Assembly: GCA_029858565.1 (NCBI GenBank) | Contig: JAOUEV010000043.1 | Coordinates: 1 to 31,483 of the forward strand | Direction of reading: 5' to 3' | From: Nitrospirota bacterium | Lineage (GTDB): Bacteria; Nitrospirota; UBA9217 | Length of the DNA stretch: 31,483 bases | In this document: positions 6,963-16,000 of the stretch, piece by piece | Position numbering within the stretch: position 1 is the first letter of the stretch | Layout: every line of letters begins with the position of its first letter | Notes under the pieces: model-generated | What the model was told of the DNA's origin: nothing | Databases searched by the model: none | Seen by the model: only the letters and a program-made list of their open reading frames with translations | Program-made: the position numbers and the translations under genes

Positions 6963-7961
6963 TTACGCGATCTCGAGCATGCGGTCGAGGGCGCGTTTGG
7001 CGGGGATGCGGATCTCGTCGGGTACTTTTATCACGTACTGCATCTTCTCCATGGCAGCGAGAACGCTCGAGAGATGGGTGCGCTTCATGTTGGGGCAGAC
7101 CATCTTCCGGGACAGGATATGGAACGTCTTGCCGGGATTTTCCTTTCGCAGGCGGTGGAGCAGGCCTTCCTCGGTGCCGATAATGAATTCCTTTTCCTTC
7201 GATTCCCTGCAGAACGTGAGCATGCCTGAAGTGCTCGTGATATGGTCGGCCTTGTCCTGGATCTCCGGCGGACACTCGGGATGCACCACGAGCAGCGCTT
7301 TCGGATACCCGGCCCTGGCCTGGACCACGTCGTTCATCGAGAGCTGGACATGATGCACATTGCAGAACCCGTCCCAGGCAATGACCTTCTTCTTGGTCCG
7401 CTTTGCGGCAAAGGCCGAGAGGTTCCGGTCGGGGATGCAGATGACCGTGTCCTCCTTCAGCGACTCCACGACCTTGACCACGTTCGACGAGGTGCAGCAG
7501 ATGTCGCTCTCGGCCTTGACCGCGGCAGAAGTGTTCACGTAGGCCACTACCGGCACGCCGGGGTGCTGACGTTTGATGTCCTTGATCGTGTAGGTGTCGG
7601 GGAACTGGAAGGTGATGCCGTAGAGCTCCTGGAAGAGGTCGCGCTTCGTCGTTCTCGGGCCTTCGGCGGTCACCATATCGGCCATGGGGCAGCCGGCGTC
7701 GATCTCCGGCAGGAGCACGGTCTTGTCCGGCGACAGGATGGAGGCGCTCTCGGCCATGAAGTGGACGCCGCAGAACACGATGACCTTGAAATCGGTCCTT
7801 GCGGCCGCCCGGGACAGCTCCAGCGAGTCGCCGGTGATGTCGGCGATGTCCTGCACCTCCGGCCGCTGGTAGTTGTGGGCCAGGATGATCGCGTTCAGGT
7901 CTTTCTTAAGTGTGAGGATCCGCTCGCGGAGCGCACTCAGTTCGGCCGGGGACGTGCTCAT
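6963..7961 (-). CDS. nadA: quinolinate synthase A
   Basis: [35 protein letters not shown] and three Fe-S Cys (AGCPMAD, GFCNVH, VCPNMK). Confidence 0.97.
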   Translation of the reverse strand: MSTSPAELSALRERILTLKKDLNAIILAHNYQRPEVQDIADITGDSLELSRAAARTDFKVIVFCGVHFMAESASILSPDKTVLLPEIDAGCPMADMVTAEGPRTTKRDLFQELYGITFQFPDTYTIKDIKRQHPGVPVVAYVNTSAAVKAESDICCTSSNVVKVVESLKEDTVICIPDRNLSAFAAKRTKKKVIAWDGFCNVHHVQLSMNDVVQARAGYPKALLVVHPECPPEIQDKADHITSTSGMLTFCRESKEKEFIIGTEEGLLHRLRKENPGKTFHILSRKMVCPNMKRTHLSSVLAAMEKMQYVIKVPDEIRIPAKRALDRMLEIA

Positions 7962-8084
7962 AGGTAGACGGATAATACCGATTACCCCGCAAGGTTGTCA
8001 AATGGAATCTCCCGCGCCGCTCCACGCGCGAATGGCGTCATCTGCGCATATCCCTGCGGGGCGAGAACGTGGTATCATGGACAA

Positions 8085-10214
8085 ATGAAGACGACCGGGC
8101 AGAACCCTCGACTGAACGAACACCTGGCCAAACTGATCCAGTCCTGGAACGGTACGGCGTTCCTGATCGGCGCCGCGATCTTTCCGCTTCTGGCGTTCAT
8201 GGACTATTTCGTATCCCCCGAGAACTTCAGGCGGTTCATGATCTACCGTCTCGCTATTTCCGCCATTCTCATCGTCCTTTATTACCTCAACCGGCTGAAG
8301 CGCAATATTGTCTACCAATACTCGATCTGTGCCGTGGCCACGGCTCTCTCGGCGGTCGTCATCGAGCTTGCGGTGATGCAGAGCGGCGGCCAGAGCTCGC
8401 CCTACTACGCCGCCATGCTCATCCTGATCATCTGCGCGCTGGGCCTGGTGCCCATCAGCATGTGGTTCGCCGTCACGCTGGTCCTGATCATCTACGGGAC
8501 CTACGTGATCCCGATCCTGCTGGCCGGCCCGGTGACGAGCGGCGTGTTCATCAGCAATAACGCCTTCATGGTGTCCATGACGGTCATCGCGCTCATCCTG
8601 CGGTACCACAACCAGAAGCTGCTCGTTTCAGAGATCCAGCTGCGCGAGGAGTTGTCCGCGGAGAAGGCCAAGCTCGAGCACTATACCACCGGCCTGCAGG
8701 ACCTGGTCGACGCCAAGACCCACGCGCTGGCCGATTCCGAGCAGAAGTACCGCGCGCTCTTCGAGAACGCCATGGACGGCATCGCCGTCCTTGACCGGAA
8801 GGGCGCGATCGTGAACGTGAACGCGCGTTTCTGCGAGATCCACGACTTCCCCCGTGAAGCGCTCCAGGGAACGCCGTTCACCATGCTGATCGCGGGCGGG
8901 AACCGCGACCGCATCGCCGGGCTCCTGGAGGCCGTCGTGGACGGCGCGCCGGCAGTGTACGAAGCGGACCATTTCCGCAGGGACGGCGGCCGGATCTCGC
9001 TCGAGATCAGCGCCAAGGAGATCGCCATCGGCAAGGTGCCGCACATCCAGCTCTTTGTCCGCGACGTCACCGAGCGGAAGCAGCTCCAGGAGCATGTGGT
9101 GCAGTCCCAGAAACTGGAGTCCATGGGAGTTCTTGCCGGCGGCATTGCCCACGATTTCAATAATATCATCACCGCGGTCCTGACCCACGCGGAAGTGCTG
9201 CGGAGGCGCGTGAAGGAAGATGACTTCGCCCAGCGCCGCATCAAGACCATCGAGGATTCGGCGCGGCGGGCCGGCCAGATGGTCACCAAGCTCCTGAGCT
9301 TTTCGCGCAAGGAGCGTCTTGCGCTGGTCCCGACGGACCTGAACGCCGTGGTGCGGGACACGGTCGAGCTCCTGCGCCACGCGTTCCTGGAGCGGAACGC
9401 GACCGTGCGGGTGCGGACCGATGAGCATCTGCCCGCGATCCTGGGCGACAGCATCCATATCGAGCAGGTGATCACGAACCTGGTGCTGAACGCGCTCGAC
9501 GCGCTTTCGCCCGGAGGCGCGATCACGATCACCACCGGGACCGGGGAGATGGCAGGCCGCGGCGCCGCTGTGGTGCTCTCGGTTGCTGACACGGGCACCG
9601 GTATCCCGCGGGACATCATCGACCGGATCTTCGATCCCTTCTTTACCACCAAGCCGCCGGGCAAGGGAACGGGCCTGGGTCTTGCCATGGTATACGGCAT
9701 CGTGAAGAGCCACAACGGCGAGGTCCGTGTGGAGAGCAGGGAGGGCGAGGGCTCCACGTTCTCGGTCTCCTTCCCGGCGTCAAACCTTTCCCGGCCGCTG
9801 GAGGTCAAGAACGTTGCGGCGTCCGAGGAAGCCCCGCGCAGGGGATCGGGGACCATCCTTGTGGTTGATGACGAAAAGGACATCCTGTCCTCCCTCGAGG
9901 ACATCCTGGGCACCCACGGATACACGGTCATGGTGGCGGACAATCCGATCCACGCCCGGGAGCTGTTCCGCAAAAGGTCCGGCGGGATCGACGCGGTCCT
10001 GACGGACATGGTGATGCCGCTGGTGAACGGCGCGGAGCTGTGCCGCCAGATCAAGGAGATAGAACCCTCGGTTCCCGTGATCGGCATGACGGGGTATGAG
10101 GGGATGATCTCGGCCGAGGACTTCACCTCCCTGGACGGGATCATCAAGAAGCCCTTTGAGAGCGCGGCGCTGGTCGCGCTGATCCATCAGGCCGTGCAGG
10201 GCCGCGGCGCCTGA
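8085..10214 (+). CDS. membrane hybrid sensor histidine kinase (multi-TM, PAS, HisKA, HATPase, REC)
   Basis: H-box AHDFNN, N-box NLVLNALDA, DTGTGI, FDPFFTTK, GTGLGL; receiver VVDDE...LTDMVMP...KPF. ATG 8085 is preferred. Confidence 0.92.
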   Translation: MKTTGQNPRLNEHLAKLIQSWNGTAFLIGAAIFPLLAFMDYFVSPENFRRFMIYRLAISAILIVLYYLNRLKRNIVYQYSICAVATALSAVVIELAVMQSGGQSSPYYAAMLILIICALGLVPISMWFAVTLVLIIYGTYVIPILLAGPVTSGVFISNNAFMVSMTVIALILRYHNQKLLVSEIQLREELSAEKAKLEHYTTGLQDLVDAKTHALADSEQKYRALFENAMDGIAVLDRKGAIVNVNARFCEIHDFPREALQGTPFTMLIAGGNRDRIAGLLEAVVDGAPAVYEADHFRRDGGRISLEISAKEIAIGKVPHIQLFVRDVTERKQLQEHVVQSQKLESMGVLAGGIAHDFNNIITAVLTHAEVLRRRVKEDDFAQRRIKTIEDSARRAGQMVTKLLSFSRKERLALVPTDLNAVVRDTVELLRHAFLERNATVRVRTDEHLPAILGDSIHIEQVITNLVLNALDALSPGGAITITTGTGEMAGRGAAVVLSVADTGTGIPRDIIDRIFDPFFTTKPPGKGTGLGLAMVYGIVKSHNGEVRVESREGEGSTFSVSFPASNLSRPLEVKNVAASEEAPRRGSGTILVVDDEKDILSSLEDILGTHGYTVMVADNPIHARELFRKRSGGIDAVLTDMVMPLVNGAELCRQIKEIEPSVPVIGMTGYEGMISAEDFTSLDGIIKKPFESAALVALIHQAVQGRGA

Positions 10215-10260
10215 GCCCTTTCCTCCTTGCGCGGTGCCCCGATTTCAGGTATTGTACCCC

Positions 10261-11160
10261 ATGCCTGACATCCCTTCATTCCGTTCCGGATTCATCGCCA
10301 TCGTGGGCAGACCGAACGTGGGCAAGTCCACGCTCATGAACAGCCTCCTTGGGGAGAAGATTTCGATCACTTCGAACAAACCCCAGACCACCAGGAACCG
10401 CATCCGGGGCATCGTGAGCCGCCCCGATTGCCAGCTCGTGTTCATCGACACCCCGGGCATCCACAAGCCGGTGCACCGGATGAACGAGCTCATGGTCGAG
10501 ACCGCGCTCAAGACCTACAGCGAGGTGGATGTGATCCTCTTCCTGGTCGAGGCCACGGAGCGTCCGGGCGGCGGGGACCGATTCATCATCGAGTCGCTGT
10601 CAAAGGTGCGAACGCCGGTGTTCCTGCTGATCAACAAGGTCGACCTGATCGAGAAGGAGCGGCTGCTGCCGCTGATCCAGGAGTTCAGCGGCCTCCATTC
10701 CTTTGCCGAGATCATCCCCGTCTCGGCGCTCAAGAAGGACCTGGGCGGGCTTGTCGAGGCCATCCTGAAGCGCCTGCCCGAGGGGCCGCGGTACTTCCCC
10801 GACGACCAGCTCACGGACCAGCCCGAGCGCTTCATCGCCGCTGAGATCGTCCGCGAAAAGGTGTTCGAGCTCACCAAGGACGAGCTTCCCTATTCTTCCG
10901 CCGTGGTGATCGAGTCCATGAAAGAGGAACCGGAGATCACGCGCATCCACGCGACGATCTACGTGGACCGGGACTCGCAGAAGGGGATCGTCATCGGCAA
11001 GAACGGCGCGCTGCTGAAGGAGATCGGCACCCGGGCGCGCCTGGACATCGAGAAGCTCCTGGGCGTCAAGGTCTTCCTCCAGCTCTGGGTGAAGGTCAAG
11101 AAGGGCTGGCGCGAGGACGACCGGATGCTGAAGAACATCGGGCTCATTGAAGAAGATTGA
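10261..11160 (+). CDS. era: GTPase Era
   Basis: GRPNVGKS, PQTTR, DTPG, NKVD and KH-domain VIGKNG. Confidence 0.97.
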   Translation: MPDIPSFRSGFIAIVGRPNVGKSTLMNSLLGEKISITSNKPQTTRNRIRGIVSRPDCQLVFIDTPGIHKPVHRMNELMVETALKTYSEVDVILFLVEATERPGGGDRFIIESLSKVRTPVFLLINKVDLIEKERLLPLIQEFSGLHSFAEIIPVSALKKDLGGLVEAILKRLPEGPRYFPDDQLTDQPERFIAAEIVREKVFELTKDELPYSSAVVIESMKEEPEITRIHATIYVDRDSQKGIVIGKNGALLKEIGTRARLDIEKLLGVKVFLQLWVKVKKGWREDDRMLKNIGLIEED

Positions 11161-11239
11161 GACGGCCGTCAGGGGTAAGGGAATCCCCCTTACCATTCAC
11201 CGCTCACTATATTAACGCAGCATCGTTCAGGGAGCACCC

Positions 11240-11899
11240 ATGGAATTGATCGCGCAGTTCATCGACATCTTTCTGCATCTTGACAGGCATCTGAATGCGG
11301 TCATCCAGGACTACGGCGCCTGGACGTACGCCATACTGTTCCTGATCATCTTCTGCGAGACCGGCCTGGTCGTCACGCCCTTTCTGCCCGGCGACTCGCT
11401 CCTTTTCGCTGCGGGGTCCTTTGCCGCCCTTGGCTCGCTGGACCCGCTCCGGTTGTTCGTGCTGCTGACCGTCGCCGGGATACTGGGAGACGCGGTGAAC
11501 TACGGCATCGGCCACTACTTCGGGCCGCGGGTCTTTCACTTCGAGGATTCCCGGTTCTTCAAAAAAGAGCATCTCGAACGCACGCACCGGTTCTACGAGA
11601 AGCACGGGGGCAAGACCATCATCATAGCGCGGTTCATGCCCATCATCAGGACCTTCGCGCCGTTCGTCGCGGGCGTGGGGAACATGACCTACCGGAGGTT
11701 CGCGGTGTTCAACGTGAGCGGCGCGGTCATCTGGGTCGGCAGCTTCGTGTTCGGCGGCTACCTGTTCGGGAACATACCTGCGGTCAAGCGGAACTTCACG
11801 CTCGTGATCATGGTGATCATCGTGCTGTCGGTCCTGCCCGGGGTCATCCACTTCCTGCGCGAGCGGAAGGCGAGTCAGCAGGCCCCGGGAGGCGCATAG
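11240..11899 (+). CDS. dedA: DedA family membrane protein
   Basis: [22 protein letters not shown] and [16 protein letters not shown]. Confidence 0.93.
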   Translation: MELIAQFIDIFLHLDRHLNAVIQDYGAWTYAILFLIIFCETGLVVTPFLPGDSLLFAAGSFAALGSLDPLRLFVLLTVAGILGDAVNYGIGHYFGPRVFHFEDSRFFKKEHLERTHRFYEKHGGKTIIIARFMPIIRTFAPFVAGVGNMTYRRFAVFNVSGAVIWVGSFVFGGYLFGNIPAVKRNFTLVIMVIIVLSVLPGVIHFLRERKASQQAPGGA

Positions 11900-11943
11900 C
11901 TCCGGACGGGGTCAGGGCGGCCTGAAGGAAAAGGTCAAAGGCA

Positions 11944-12027
11944 TCCCGCGCCAGGATGTCATGCCGCAAGGCAAAGCGCGTCTTCCCTTGTCATGGTCCG
12001 GGCTCTCCTTGGTGGATTTGCGCGAAA
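11944..12027. repeat. decayed copy of the 6729-6816 inverted repeat
   Basis: 12008-12027 matches 6799-6818 at 17/20 and 11944-11971 matches 6727-6754 at 19/28. Confidence 0.55.
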
Positions 12028-12058
12028 CACGCTGTTGTTCTGAGGCAGCCTTTTTGTT

Positions 12059-12808
12059 ATGAAATCCAGGACCGAAGCCGTGATCATCGGCACCATGAAC
12101 CTCGGAGAGGCGGACAAGATCATCACCTTCTTCTCCCTGGACCGTGGCCGTTTGCGGGGCGTGGCACGGAACGCTCGAAAGTCCTTCCGCCGCTTCGGCG
12201 CCGGCCTGGAGCTGTTCACCCACTGCCGCCTCCACCTCTTTGAACGCGAACACCAGGACCTTCTCCGGATCGAGTCAGCGGAGATCCTGACCCAGCGCTT
12301 CTCCATCACCGAGGATCTCGAGCGGGCCGCGGCAGGGGCCATGATGCTGGAACTGGTGCGGGAGCTTGCGCCGGAAGGGGAGCGGAATCCCAATGCCTTT
12401 CTTGTGGTGAACCACATCCTGAACCTGCTCGACGCGGGCGAAGATCCGCTCTTCCTGCTCCGGATCTTTCAGATACGCTTTCTTTCCCTTCTCGGGTACC
12501 AGCCCAAGCTCGACGCCTGCATGTCCTGCGGATGCGCGCCGGACCGGAAGATGATCTTCCACGGACTGAAGGGCGGGGTGCTCTGTTCCTCCTGCCTGGT
12601 CTCTTCAGGGAGCGAGGACCCGACGCTCTCCGCCGGCGCCATCGGCTTCTACTACCAGGCCCTGCGCATGGACCTGGACAAGATCCTCAGGCTCAAGCCC
12701 TCCGCGGAGATCCTGCGGGAGCTGGACAAAGCATTCGCCTCCCACACCGTCCACATCCTCGGGAAACAGCTCAAGTCCGCATGTTTTCTCTCCACCGTCT
12801 GCTCGTGA
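12059..12808 (+). CDS. recO: DNA repair protein RecO
   Basis: GEADKIITFFS...G...GVARNARKS, LGYQPKLDACMSC...LCSSC zinc finger; lies near era. Confidence 0.95.
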   Translation: MKSRTEAVIIGTMNLGEADKIITFFSLDRGRLRGVARNARKSFRRFGAGLELFTHCRLHLFEREHQDLLRIESAEILTQRFSITEDLERAAAGAMMLELVRELAPEGERNPNAFLVVNHILNLLDAGEDPLFLLRIFQIRFLSLLGYQPKLDACMSCGCAPDRKMIFHGLKGGVLCSSCLVSSGSEDPTLSAGAIGFYYQALRMDLDKILRLKPSAEILRELDKAFASHTVHILGKQLKSACFLSTVCS

Positions 12809-13028
12809 TTTTCCCTACCCGGAAAATACCCCATTGATACTATTGTCTTATTTTTCCCCTTATGATATCCTTGCGTCCAGTCGCGCGTATCTTATCGAAA
12901 AGTAAAAGTATACGTAATCAAGCAAGAGAACCAGGGACTGCTTCCCTCATGGCAGGGGCTGCGTGAGATGTTTGGTTTGGGTGATCCGTCCTTGGTGCAT
13001 CACTACGCGAATTTTCAGGGAGGTCTCA

Positions 13029-16000
13029 ATGGGACTGCGTACCAGATGGTCTTGTTCTCGTTATTCAGTACTGGCCGTGATCGTCATTGCCATGCTGCTC
13101 GCCGGTGTTTCCGTTGCCGCTGCGCAAGGCGGCATATTCCAGAAGATGGGAGAAGCGGTCTCGTCGGTCTATAACACCGCGACCGGCGCGAAGTTCACCA
13201 TTTCCAAAGTGGAGCCGAACACCGCGGATCGACAGGTGTCCATCTATTTTACCGACGCCTGCCGCATGGACGACCTGCGGCGCAATGTGAAATTCATCCC
13301 GCCGGTCCCCGTTGAATGGCACAGCAGCTCGCTGGCCGGGTCGGGGAACATTCTGCTGCTCCGCGGGCAGTTCCAGCCGGGCCAGCGGTATACGATCGTG
13401 ATCCCCCCGAACTTCACGAGCGCCAACGGCAGAGCCTATGAAAAGGGCGCCGCGGGCTTCACCATGCCCGACCGGACTCCTGATATTTCCTACCTGGACC
13501 AGGGAAACGTCATCGAACGGAACAGCAGGCAGATGCTGCATGTGCAGATCATGAACACCGAGGCGGTCCTGGTCAAGGCCATCCAGGTGCCGCCCATTCT
13601 GATCCCCCGGGCCGAGCAGCAGCTGCAGCACATCAGGAACAACCCGCGGCAGTTGAAGCTGTTCCAGACGGTTCAGGAGGACCTCATCCAGACCGCGGCG
13701 CGCCTTGCGAAGGCGCTCGGCAAGGACGGTTCCTTCAACGACATCCTCGGAGATGTCTCGAACGATGAACAGGTCTTTTTCACCCAGAACGAGGCGCGGA
13801 ACATCTATCACCAGTTCTCGATCCCCCTTGCCTTCCGCAAGAACAAGGAACAGGGCGCCATCAATCTCATCCGCGTGGCGAACCGCCGTACGGAGCAGGA
13901 CGCCCAGACCCACACCGGATTGTACCGCATCACGGACCTGGGCCTGACCTACAAAGTTACGGACAACGAGCTCCTGATCTGGGCGACATCGCTCTACTCG
14001 GGCAAACCGGCAGGCGATGTCTCCCTCTATGCCTTCACCACCGGCGGCGAAGTGGTCTCCCTGGGAAAGACCGATGCTCGCGGCCTCTTTATCGTCCAGA
14101 ACATGCTCATGAAAAAGCATGCGTCGCTGATCCCGGCGTCGGAGGGCGTCCTGACGGCCAAGCAACTTCCGCTGTCGGCGATCACGATGGTTGCGGCCGT
14201 TGCATCCAACGACCGGACCTTCGTGAACATCCTGCCCAACGGGACGGTCAAACCCGACGGTATCAACCAGGTACGGAATGCCGGGACCGTGGAGGGGATG
14301 CTGAAGGGCCATGTGTTCACCGAACGCGGCATCTATCGGCCCGGTGAAACGGTCTATTTCAAAGGCACGGTGCGGGAATATCTGGAAGGGAAGATCGCGC
14401 CGCCCAAGTCCTCGAACGTTACGCTCACGATCACGAATTCCAAGAACGAAGAGATTTACAGCAAAGAGCTTCCTCTTTCCGAGTTCGGCACCGTGAACGA
14501 TCAGTACGGCCTCAAGACCTATTTCCCCCTGGGGGCATACACTCTCACCATGGACTACGGTGACAATGAGTCCGACAAGGTCAGCAGGACCTTTGAGGTG
14601 CAGGAATTCCGCCAGCCCCGTCACTTCGTGGAGATCACCTACAAGCGCGAGACCGGGAAAGACGAAGGCTATGTAAATCTCGACGTGAAAAAGGAAGCGC
14701 TGAACTGCATGATCGCCGGGAAATACTATGCAGGCGGTCCGGTGAAACACGGCAAGGTGCGCTGGAGCATCTATCATACCCGCTCGGACTATCCGCGTCA
14801 GGATCACCCGGGCTATTCCTTCGGCCATCCCCTTGACAGCCGCACGGACCTGATCGAAAGCGGCGAGTCGATCCTCGATGAAAAAGGTCAGATAGCCGTG
14901 CCGGTCCCCGTGGGACGGGACATCCTGTCGGGCAAGTACGGCATCGAGGTGACCGCGTCGGTGGTGGACTTCGACGGCAGGGCGTCGTCGGACAGCTCGG
15001 TGTACCAGGGGGACCCCGAGTACCTGGTGGGGATCAGCAATCACCCGCCGACGGTGCAGGCGGGAGAGAACCAGACGCTCTCCGCCGTGGTGATCGACCG
15101 CAAGGGAGGAAAGCTCTCCCGCGGGAATGTCCTGGTCCAGGTGATGGAGCGCGGCTACACCTATATCCAGAAACGGAATGCCGAGGGGTATCTCTATCAC
15201 GAGCAGCAGCAGGTATGGCGCAGCCAGCTTTCCGCCGAGCTGCCGATCAAGGACGACCGGGCCGTCTTTGACTTCGATTTCACCCGCGGCGGCGAGTACC
15301 TCATCTCCTTCACCTATCGTGACGACAAAGGACGGGAATACACGTCCGCGACCCGCTATTCCCTCGCCGGGTATTACTACGATTATGAGTACGAGAATCA
15401 GCGCCGTGAACAGCCCAAGAACTACGGCAGGCTGGGCCTGTATCCGGAAAAACCCCTGTACAGCAGCGGCGAGACCATGAAGCTCTTCCTCAATCCCTCG
15501 CGGGAAGTATCGACCTGCCTGGTGACCGTGGAGCAGGGCGGCCTTGTGGAGTATCTGACCGTGGAGCTCAAACCGGGCCAACAGAGCATCGAACTTCCCG
15601 TCAAGAACCACTACAGCCCGAACGTGTATGTCTCGGTGCTCGCTACGGTGCCGCGATCGGATTTCCCGGTGTACACCGCCCAGTTCGACAAGGAGGCGCC
15701 GACCTTCCTCGTCGGGACGGTGAACGTCGAGGTCAAGGGCGAGCGGCAGAAGATCAAGATCGCGGTGAACGAGGAACAGAAAAAACTGAAGGCGCTGCCC
15801 GGCGGCCAGATGACCTTGAACATCGCGACCACGGACCAGGACGGAAAAGGGATCCTGAGCGAAGTGGCGCTGGCGGTCGTGGACGAGAGCATCCTGTCCA
15901 TGACGGGCTATGAAACGCCGACCCTGGATGCGCTCGCGAAGTTCCTCCTGCCCCTGGGCGTGTTCACCGGCGATCTGCGGCTCGATCTCCTGAAACAGAC

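Noticed and set aside
12809-13028. Riboswitch upstream of the A2M locus
   Set aside because: No recognisable aptamer motif; there is only a weak promoter candidate, TTGTCT-17-TATCCT (12843-12871).
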